From assembly GCA_043228905.1 (NCBI GenBank), contig JBHGNT010000201.1:1-53895 (forward strand): 53,895 nucleotides of DNA. The letters run 5' to 3'. The notes beneath the pieces are model-generated. The model was not told the origin of the DNA. It did no database searches and saw only the letters and a program-made list of their open reading frames with translations. Positions within the stretch are counted from its first letter, which is position 1. Each line of letters starts with the position of its first letter. This document shows positions 13,487-23,747 of this stretch, one piece after another. A program made the position numbers and the translations under genes. Source of the stretch: Azolla caroliniana (taxonomy: Eukaryota > Plantae > Polypodiophyta).

Positions 13487-14955
13487 GCGGATGACTTGAA
13501 AGCCAAAGAGAGATAAAGAATTCAAAGAGAACGACGCGAGAGCTCTTCCTTATTTCTCCATGTTAATCTACTCGAGAAGCCATGGAAACGTTGTAAACAA
13601 GGTCGAGGTTAGCAAATGGAGCGTGAACAACCCGAGCATGAGCACGGCGGGTGGCCCAGTTAAGTAGTATGGATGTTCCTACCTACTCGGCGCACGTCAA
13701 TGTGTCTGCCTCGTTCGTTCTTGCTACGGACTTGGAGCGGGAGAACACCCTCTTGTGGGCAACGCGAGAGAGAGGGCGACCTGATTATTCTTGAGCATGG
13801 CGACATACCATATTAGCTCGCTAGGAAACCGTCTTCCTCACCTTGGCGCGTCGAGGCCTTTGTGTCACCCGTTGGACTCGGGTCGCCGCTTGTATGGTTG
13901 CACCAAACTGGGAAGATGATCGACGGTAGTTTCACACCAGTTTCCGTTCCCTTCCGGGAACCCTCAAACGCTACACGGTACGTGCCACAAACCTCGGGAA
14001 GCGACCCCCCCTCGAAACTAGGTCATACGGCCTCCAGCCCGATGACGTGCGGACGTGGAAGGTTTGTCGACTAGCAAACAACCCGAGCCTTGCAGCATTC
14101 CGAGAACGTTGTCATTCGTTACAGCGAGGACCTTCTTGTTTCTTCTCCGTTGACGTTGCATTGGAAAGGAAAGGAGAACAAGAGAACGCATTTCAACCGT
14201 TTTGTTTTGATCAGGGGTTGTTGGTGCGCGTCATTTGGCTCACGCTAAATCTCAAAGGCTGCAGCTAGAGTTTTGACGATGTTAAAAGGTGGTTACGTAT
14301 CCCACCGATCTATGGCTTTGTTCGGTAAAACCTGCAAGGCGAGACGATGTTGCCAGGATGTTTGGCCGGGAAGACGAGTCCGCAACCTTGGATGGATTGG
14401 TAGATGGAGGGTAAATTGCACCCACATTGTCAATGGTAAGTTCTAACGTGTTGCATTGAACGTCGTGCCGTAATGACTCCCGTTGAAAGCAAAAGAAAGA
14501 CGTGAAAGAGAGCATCAAGCCTGATGCGCGGTTGCGGGGAATGTTGCAGCGTGGTTGGAATTCTCAATTGCGGTTTCCGTCCAAGGTGCTCATACGTACA
14601 ACCGTAATGCGTGGTCTTCCTCTGCGTTATTCCAGGTGACACGAGTCTCGAGTAAGCGTCGGCCATTCCCAAGAACTTGAACCGCAGATTTGACCAGTAA
14701 GCGAGCAGATACCTATTACATCCGACTTTGACGTGATCGCCAAATGTATTCGGAAGCCCCAAGTAAGGCACCGTCATGGCAGTTACTTCGCAGGCTCATT
14801 CCTCTTAACCTTCCACACGTGCGCGGTTAGCAATCCCTAAAGAACTCCTCGAACGAAGCTCGGGCGGTAACGTCTTGAATAAGGACCCACGCAAGGAGGC
14901 GAGGGGGACAAGATCGTAGCGGTGGTTTTGACGTACAACTAATTCAACCGCGCGG

Positions 14956-15027
14956 TATCAGAGCGAGGTTTCGATCCTCGGACCTGTGGGTTATGGGCCC
15001 ACCACGCTTCCGCTGCGCCACTCTGAT
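14956..15027 (-). tRNA. tRNA-iMet: tRNA-iMet (CAT) copy 10
   Basis: Identical to copy 1. Confidence 0.97.
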
Positions 15028-16260
15028 GCGGATGACTTGAAAGCCAAAGAGAGATAAAGAATTCAAAGAGAACGACGCGAGAGCTCTTCCTTATTTCTCC
15101 ATGTTAATCTACTCGAGAAGCCATGGAAACGTTGTAAACAAGGTCGAGGTTAGCAAATGGAGCGTGAACAACCCGAGCATGAGCACGGCGGGTGGCCCAG
15201 TTAAGTAGTATGGATGTTCCTACCTACTCGGCGCACGTCAATGTGTCTGCCTCGTTCGTTCTTGCTACGGACTTGGAGCGGGAGAACACCCTCTTGTGGG
15301 CAACGCGAGAGAGAGGGCGACCTGATTATTCTTGAGCATGGCGACATACCATATTAGCTCGCTAGGAAACCGTCTTCCTCACCTTGGCGCGTCGAGGCCT
15401 TGTGTCACCCGTTGGACTCGGGTCGCCGCTTGTATGGTTGCACCAAACTGGGAAGATGATCGACGGTAGTTTCACACCAGTTTCCGTTCCCTTCCGGGAA
15501 CCCTCAAACGCTACACGGTACGTGCCACAAACCTCGGGAAGCGACCCCCCCTCGAAACTAGGTCATACGGCCTCCAGCCCGATGACGTGCGGACGTGGAA
15601 GGTTTGTCGACTAGCAAACAACCCGAGCCTTGCAGCATTCCGAGAACGTTGTCATTCGTTACAGCGAGGACCTTCTTGTTTCTTCTCCGTTGACGTTGCA
15701 TTGGAAAGGAAAGGAGAACAAGAGAACGCATTTCAACCGTTTTGTTTTGATCAGGGGTTGTTGGTGCGCGTCATTTGGCTCACGCTAAATCTCAAAGGCT
15801 GCAGCTAGAGTTTTGACGATGTTAAAAGGTGGTTACGTATCCCACCGATCTATGGCTTTGTTCGGTAAAACCTGCAAGGCGAGACGATGTTGCCAGGATG
15901 TTTGGCCGGGAAGACGAGTCCGCAACCTTGGATGGATTGGTAGATGGAGGGTAAATTGCACCAACATTGTCAATGGTAAGTTCTAACGTGTTGCATTGAA
16001 CGTCGTGCCGTAATGACTCCCGTTGAAAGCAAAAGAAAGACGTGAAAGAGAGCATCAAGCCTGATGCGCGGTTGCGGGGAATGTTGCAGCGTGGTTGGAA
16101 TTCTCAATTGCGGTTTCCGTCCAAGGTGCTCATACGTACAACCGTAATGCGTGGTCTTCCTCTGCGTTATTCCAGGTGACACGAGTCTCGAGTAAGCGTC
16201 GGCCATTCCCAAGAACTTGAACCGCAGATTTGACCAGTAAGCGAGCAGATACTTATTACA

Positions 16261-16500
16261 ATATGTCTGGCTCGTTCGTTCTTGCTACAGACTTGGAGCG
16301 GTAGAACACCCTCTTGTGGGCAACGTGAGAGAGAGGGTGACCTGATTACTCTTGAGCATGCCGACATACCATAGTAATTCACTAGGAAACCGTCTTCCTC
16401 ACCTTGGCGCGTCGAGGCTTTGTGTCACCCATTGGACTCGGGTCACCGCTTGTATGGTTGCACCAAATTGGGAAAATGATCGACGATAGTTTCACACTAA
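16261..16500. repeat. Diverged array-edge fragment (unit positions ~1401-1541 plus 1-100)
   Basis: atatgtctggctcgttcgttcttgctacag... aligns to unit atgtgtctgcctcgttcgttcttgctacgg...; joined to unit position ~880, so ~520 bp including the tRNA is missing. Confidence 0.92.
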
Positions 16501-16954
16501 TTTTGGTATCTTATATTTATTAACCATTATGTTTATGTTTACATTTTATTTCTTTTAGGTATATTATTGGTTTTTCCCCTAACTACCCATTGTACTTTCT
16601 TGATGTGCATTGGTTATTTCTGGGACTGAACTGGGTTGGTTCTGCCCCGATACATGACAATATGTTGGTGACCACTAGTCAATAATAAATTCCCCCTTGT
16701 GGTACACTTGTTGCTCGGGCACTGATGACTGTGTAGCCCCAAGTATGGGTGAGAGGCGGACTTAATTATTCTTGAGTGTGTTGGCATACGATATCGAGTC
16801 ACTAAATATTGATGAGTTGAGTCACTAGAAATGTAATATATCTAGAATAAGCACCAACATAAGGAGGCTCGATCATCTCTTGACTAGGCACTGATGTAAG
16901 AAGGGAAACAATATGTTAGCGGCGGTTATCACATCAAGTAATTTAACTTTGCAA

Positions 16955-17026
16955 TATCAAAGTGAGGTTTCAATCCTCAAACCTGTGGGTTGTGTGCCCA
17001 CCACACATTTGCTATGCCACTTTGAT
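16955..17026 (-). pseudogene. Degenerate tRNA-iMet pseudogene in a relic array unit
   Basis: Colinear 72-nt match to the array tRNA with 14 substitutions by my count (11 are C>T/G>A); anticodon CAT>CAC; flanks (gaataagcaccaacataaggaggc, tagcggcggttatc, gagataaa) also resemble the unit. Confidence 0.9.
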
Positions 17027-18129
17027 GTGGATAACTTTCATTATTAAAAGAGATAAAAAGAAGAGAAAAACATGGGGGATTAGCACATCGACATTGAACA
17101 TTAAAAATGTATCGTATAGTGTTTATTTCTACCGGTTGAACATGAATGGGTTCTCTTGAAACATGATAAATATGACCTCGATAACAATGAGCTAAAAATG
17201 GAAAGTTTTTATTTCTATCATGTTAATAATTAGGTAATTAACTATGGGTTAATTAGTATCTGTTTATATGAGTAGTTAATCATGTATGCAACGGAAGACT
17301 AAATGATATGTGTGTGTATGTGAGAGGAAGTAGGAATTACACTTGTGAACAATTAAACAATGGAGGATGACTAACAGGAGAGTAACTTTAGAACTATTTT
17401 TGATAATAGACGACATCAAGTTACAAAAATACCCATGACAAGGTATATATACATCTAATGTGTAAGGGTGCAAATGTGAGAAGAGAATATAGGTACAAGG
17501 TGCAAGTCCTATATTAAATGAGTTTGGTAGTGGGATATATAGAATGTTTAATACTTAAGAACGAAGTACGAAATCCTATTTAAGACTTAATAGTGAATAC
17601 ACTAACTAGATTCTATTTATGCAACCAATAAGTTATATGACCGAGAAAATAAGTAAACCTCGTTGGAGTGTGATATCTCAACACTATCAATCAAACCTAA
17701 ATGGGTTCTCTTAAAACACAAGCATTCAAACTTACTAATAAGAAGTTTTTGAGGTTCAATACCAATAACATTGGGGTCAAGGTAGAAAGTCATTGTTTCT
17801 ACCAATAGAACATGAACAAGTTATCTTGGAACAGAAAGAATCCGACCCCATAATACGAAGCTTTTATGATATGGTACCTTTGGAAGCTCTTTTGGTATGA
17901 ATGGCAGGTGAGTAGATTCTAAGATATGGAATTGAGGGGGCTCTATTTTGGTCAAAATGTTCTTCTTTAAAACCTAAACTCAGGTGCGAAAAAGCACTAG
18001 GAGATTTTTTGCTTCTCCTTCAAATGTGAAAGCGCCCGGGTGTTCTTTCTTCTTTCCTCTTTTTTTGAATTCACATTTTTCCCTCCCAAAATCGAATGCA
18101 AATCGTGTGTTTCTTCTTAGAGCCCCGTG

Positions 18130-18270
18130 CTCCGTTAGATCTCCCCCTTGATCGGACGACACAGATGGAAGTCATCCAGGATCGATCCGGACTAATTTAA
18201 CTTGACACCGTCCGATCTGATCGTTCGCATCGGACCGTTGACAGATGCTCCAGGAGCCTTTATATATAAT
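18130..18270 (+). promoter_or_regulatory. Histone H4-1 promoter
   Basis: GGATCGATCC palindrome 18179-18188, CCGTCCGAT, TGATCGTTCG 18218-18227, TATATATAA 18261-18269; motifs shared with the H4-2 upstream region. Confidence 0.7.
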
Positions 18271-18355
18271 CGCAAACAGAGGTGCTGTTATTCATCTTCT
18301 TCATCTTTCGAGTTGTTTATCTGTCTGTAGTTCATAAAGGTTATATCTGTGTTGA

Positions 18356-18685
<330 letters not shown>

Positions 18686-18719
18686 ACAGTTTTGTCTATA
18701 TATTCCATCTGTCTTTACT

Positions 18720-18740
18720 GGTGTTTTTTAACACCACCAT
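18720..18740 (+). other. Histone 3' stem-loop-like element of H4-1
   Basis: GGTGTT-TTTT-AACACC followed by ACCAT, 34 nt after the stop codon. Confidence 0.8.
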
Positions 18741-19717
18741 TGGTCTGTGATTCTTTTCTCATTTGCATTCACTTAGTTTGATACTGGCTGGGGTGATCTA
18801 TCTCTGATTTCACTACTGTGGTTTAAATTATGGCCTATCCAATTTTCGGTAATGTGATTTAAATTATGATATTTTATCTGCTTAATCTGTATGAACCGAA
18901 AAAGGATAGTGTATTGTTGAGGGTAATATATGTTTGTAATGATCTGGTCTAATCTTGAAAAATTTGTGGTCCTGCGCTGTGTTATGATTTCTAATCACAG
19001 TATAACTCTTCTTTCTTTAATCTTCGTGTTTTTTGAGTTGGAACCTTCTTTCTATTACCGGATTATCACTGGAATTAAGAAATCTGCGCATGAGAATAGT
19101 GAAATGGTGACTGACATCTGCGTTTTGATCCTGGGCAAGTATCAGGCGTAGGACTACGTATGATCACTTTGCTTTTAGAAGTCATTCTGATACCATCTCA
19201 TGATTCCGTTGTTTATTCTTATCCGCTGTGGCATCGGAGACTTGGATTGGATACCTGCATTCATGTGCTAATGCAGTATACCAGTAAACATTTAGTGGAT
19301 TGGTTTGTGATGTTAATTCAAGAATGGAGGAATGGTTAGCGTTAACCTGTAATAGTCATTTCTTTTTTGCTAACCCGAATATTTTTGCAATTTATTAGCA
19401 TGGGCAGATTGATTACGATGAAAGATTAAGCTTTATTCTATTCCGAACTATTGGTATATGAATACTATCATCAAACATTTAGGGGCATGGCTTCGTGCAG
19501 AGAGTTTCAGCTCTCCCAGCAGTATAATTCATGTCTGTAGATGGGACACATAAATGGGATAACGAATTCGATGGATTCCTATTATATATTCAATTCTCTG
19601 GGAATGGGAATTGCTGTACACGAATGGGGACAGATCCTATGGAATGGCATTCATTAGGTCACTATAAGGAAGCAGTAGTTGAGTACCATCATAATATGAA
19701 AGGACATCTTTCCACAC

Positions 19718-19800
19718 AAGACCAAGACCAAGACCGAGACCGAGACTACCCAAGACTGAGACTAAATCTATAAGACTAAGACCAAGACCAAGACCAAGAC
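19718..19800. repeat. Degenerate (CAAGAC)n hexamer repeat
   Basis: caagaccaagaccaagaccgagaccgagac...agaccaagaccaagaccaagac. Confidence 0.8.
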
Positions 19801-21044
19801 GAATGGTAAGAGTTTTAAGTAAAGACATTTTGGTGGTAGGGAAAAGACTCAATCATGTGACAAACAAGGTATAGAGAAGGGAACTTGATTTTGTAGGCAT
19901 CAATGATCAACTCCACAAGGAGAGACATGGGGGGATTGGTCACACGGACACAAAGTAATGAACTAAAGAAGATGACACATTCTTGTTGATAGGCACATTA
20001 AAGCATTGGTGACCCGTGACCACTTGAATTGGTATGGAATCATTGACTTGTTTGTATTGGTGGGTGCATTGAAGCATTGACAATGCACATCATAGGCATC
20101 AATGATGCATTCCGTAGGGAGAGATATTGGAGGTGGGGCATGTGCACACAAGTCATGACGGGAAGAAGATGATGCATTTGGATTCATCGGTGCACAGAAG
20201 CATTGGTGACCCAGGACTCGAGGACCTTGAAGAAAAAGACAAATTTGTAACAACAATCACGGTTTTGACTAGATGCCAATGGTAATGGTAGCTATCGCCA
20301 AGGATACTTACACCTGTGGAGTGCTTTGCAAATATATTGAAACATCATAGAATTTTCTATTTCTAGGGAAAACTTGGAAGTACCCAAACCTTGAAAAATT
20401 GCAAGCATATACATCCCTTGCATTCTCCCCAAAGCTTTGAAATGGTCCAAAGTATGTATGAACATGCACAAATATGCCATCAGCCAAAGTTTTGGAATAG
20501 GCCATAGTACATACGAATGAGCACACAAACAGTCGGGCAAGCCGATTACCCCCATGGTGTTTGCTTAGACGAGAACTCCTTCCGTAATGAAAGAAGAACG
20601 GTGATGTAATAGTACACAACCATTTAATCACATGCAATCGTTGACGAGTTCAGGTGACGAAGATATGAAGTAAATCTCGTTTCTAGATCGATGCGAAAGT
20701 CTTGAGATGTGATCTGTAAAATTTGTAATGGTTGGTTCAAGTCCATGATTCTGGTCTCGTTTGCCTCTACAAATGTGCCGATCAACTACACTTGGAACCA
20801 ATATCTCTATGAGAGGAATTGGGAGGGGGCGGGGGGGGGGGGGGGGTATGGGGTGCAATTTGTTAAAACCCTGCAAAACGTACCAATGCCATTCAATATG
20901 TATTAAAGAAGACGAAGAAGAAAAACCCCATTGTTTTCTTCTTCTTCTTCTTCTTCTTTGGATTTGAAGAAGTGGGAGTGAGAGAGAAAGAAAGAAAGAA
21001 ATATTAGAGAGAGATGGAGTCTCCATTCATTCTAAAACAACTTT

Positions 21045-21077
21045 GAAGAAGAAAAGAAGAAGAAGAAGAAGAAGAAG
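21045..21077. repeat. (GAA)n microsatellite; complementary (CTT)n at ~20937-20958
   Basis: Direct reading. Confidence 0.85.
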
Positions 21078-21104
21078 GAAGAGAATGAAACACCTCTTCG
21101 CGAG

Positions 21105-21295
21105 TGATCTTGGACCGTCCGATGGGCATCGGCTCTCATTTTGTTCGATCACACGGCAGGCAGGCTAATGAATGGAAAAGGAGGGCGGATCGATCCGAGA
21201 CAAAAGAGATGTCCACCGTTGGATCATGTCCTGATGGAGGCTAGAAGAAAGGACGGTCCAGATTGATCGTTCGAGGCGACACCACTGTATAAATT
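21105..21295 (+). promoter_or_regulatory. Histone H4-2 promoter
   Basis: CCGTCCGAT, CGGATCGATCCG 21186-21197 (GGCGGATC is 7/8 to the plant histone octamer CGCGGATC), CCGTTGGATC (nonamer-like, reverse), TGATCGTTCG 21264-21273, TATAAA 21288-21293. Confidence 0.7.
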
Positions 21296-21354
21296 CTAAA
21301 AGAAGGAGAGGCAGGAAACAGAAAACACACAGAGAAAGCTCGCCATCGCCATAG

Positions 21355-21723
<369 letters not shown>

Positions 21724-21764
21724 TCTGGTTCCTACCATCTACTGTTTTCCCCGTACTATTCTTT

Positions 21765-21785
21765 GGTGTTTTTCAACACCACCAA
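21765..21785 (+). other. Histone 3' stem-loop-like element of H4-2
   Basis: GGTGTT-TTTC-AACACC followed by ACCAA, 41 nt after the stop codon. Confidence 0.82.
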
Positions 21786-22951
21786 TTATGTGCGATTCTG
21801 TTCACTCTGTGCTAGGGTGACTTAAAGGGCTGTTTATGTGCAAAACAGAGAGTGAAATTCTGTCTATGTATATATGTATATGTTTTCTTGTCTGTCTGTC
21901 CATCTGTATGCGATGGTTTGCTGCGGATTTGTTTATACATTTGCGTCTGGAAAACATGTAAGGAGCCTGGCAAATGTTTTGCCTGTAAGATATGGAAGGG
22001 TTGGTTGTAACGTAAATCGCTCAATTGATCTTGATGTGGATTGAGGTTTCTAATCTTCATGTTCTGATTTGGTAATACCTTGATATTACAGGTTTTAAAA
22101 TGCCATGTATCTCGATCTTCATACTAATCTCTCCCAAGGACTAGACTGTTTTGTTACCTCAGTCTCTCTTCAAGAAAGAGCACATTGTTACTGCAAATCT
22201 CTTTTACAGCTTGAGTTGCTACAATTCCTCTTTGAATACCAAGTTTTTGATTTAGCTATATTTCCATTAATGGCACACATATTTGGCAAACGTTCACATC
22301 GGGAAGGGCATGTGCTTAAATCAAACACCTCTGCTTAACAGATCATACTTGTTAGTTGTTTCCAACCTTTCTTTGATAGGAAAACACTTGGTACAATCTC
22401 TCCATACGAGTGGTCATAAGGATACTCAGATTATATCACTACATGTGGGGCTGCGTATACGGTATGAACTGAATACATCTACCTTTCTGAAGATATAGGA
22501 TGTATGATGAAACAACGTAAAGTTAAAACTAGTTGCAAACGTAATGAAATCCACTTTTATACTCGCTATGCTGATTTGTTCTTGGTGTTCTGCTCTGATG
22601 ACATTGTCAGATCTAAGGCATAGAATTTGCAGAGGATGTGTTCCACTTTATACTTCACGGGAATTCTCTTTAAAAGCGGCCACAGTATTGCTTTAATGTC
22701 TCCTTGAGGACTGTACATTACTGCAATTTCTCTCGTTAATGCTACTTTAGTGGAGTGAGGATAACGTTACTTTAATCTCTCCTGTGTAAATTACGCGTAC
22801 AGTATCCTCTTTTGATGTGTAGACAAGCGAAACCTAAACACCAAAAGGTTTGTCTATTAAAAGTCTGGGGGCAGGGAAATCTGTTGCCTTTGAAATTCGA
22901 GACTTTTGAAGGCACATTTGTATGGACGATAATGAGAGTGTATGATTTATC

Positions 22952-23329
22952 ATGATTACATAAGATCTAACAATTGAGTATGAATCATCTACACTCATCA
23001 TGATTACATTTGATCCAACAATTGAGTATGAATCATCTACACTCATCATGATTACATTTGATCTAACAAATGAGTATGAATTATCTACACTCATCATGAT
23101 TACATTTGATCCAACAATTGAGTATGAATCATCTACACTCATCTTGATTACATTTGATCCAACAATTGAGTATGAATCATCTACACTCATCTTGATTACA
23201 TTTGATCCAACAATTGAGTATGAATCATCTACACTCATCATGATTACATTTGATCCAACAATTGAGTATGAATCATCTACACTCACCATGATTACATTTG
23301 ATCTAACAATTGAGTATGAATCATCTACA
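22952..23329. repeat. 48-bp minisatellite, ~8 copies
   Basis: Unit ATGATTACATTTGATCCAACAATTGAGTATGAATCATCTACACTCATC restarting at 22952, 23000, 23048 ... 23288. Confidence 0.97.
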
Positions 23330-23512
23330 AAATGCAAGAGTTGAGAGATAGTTAATCAGAGAGGAATTTGTTAAATCGAATTCCTCATATGACCCAAGGG
23401 ACATGAAAGTAGTTCTAAGAAAAATGGAGGCAATATGCATATCTTTGTAATATATTGGAGTAAGAAGCATGGTTTCATAATGTCTCCCTGCATTATTCTC
23501 CTTTCTGAATGC

Positions 23513-23519
<7 letters not shown>

Positions 23520-23571
<52 letters not shown>

Positions 23572-23588
23572 GAGAGAGAGAAAGAGAA
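23520..23588. repeat. (GA)n microsatellite upstream of the PPR gene
   Basis: Direct reading. Confidence 0.95.
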
Positions 23589-23747
23589 CAAACAGAAGTA
23601 TTTTCTCTTCAGGTCACCTGGACCTTAGAAGAAGTAATGGGGTGAAAGGGTTTGAAATTTAAGGGTTATTATTTAGGATTTAGGGTTAGCATTTTATGGC
23701 TTAGGGTTTGAGATTGACGGTTTTGCTTACGCTGCCTTGACCAGGGG

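Larger units (their letters stand above)
1..16260. repeat. Tandem array of 1541-bp units, each with a tRNA-iMet gene (10 complete units plus a truncated 11th; likely continues left of the window)
   Basis: Same sequence restarts at 1, 1542, 3083, 4624, 6137, 7678, 9219, 10760, 12300, 13841, 15382; ORF track repeats with the same period; only a few SNPs/indels between units. Confidence 0.99.

Noticed and set aside
1-16260. Array as 5S rDNA, CRISPR or a tandem TRIM/LTR element
   Set aside because: No 5S sequence or repeat-spacer pattern; the PBS-like GGTATCAGAGC is part of a complete tRNA gene and I see no paired LTRs or PPT in the unit.
22-16382. Recurrent 64-115 aa ORFs in each array unit
   Set aside because: No recognisable domains, mostly GTG/TTG starts, overlapping frames, disrupted by unit indels; they recur only because the DNA repeats.
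18720-18735. H4 hairpin as an intrinsic bacterial or Pol III terminator
   Set aside because: Eukaryotic Pol II gene; the T-run is inside the hairpin, which is followed by ACCA, not a U-tail.
22834-23344. Repeat-protein ORFs (167 aa minus, 114 aa plus)
   Set aside because: Products of a 48-bp unit (multiple of 3) with no stop; no coding context.
23645-23710. Telomere-like TTTAGGG words
   Set aside because: Only scattered single copies; at most a telo-box (TTAGGGTTT at 23701-23709), not an interstitial telomere.
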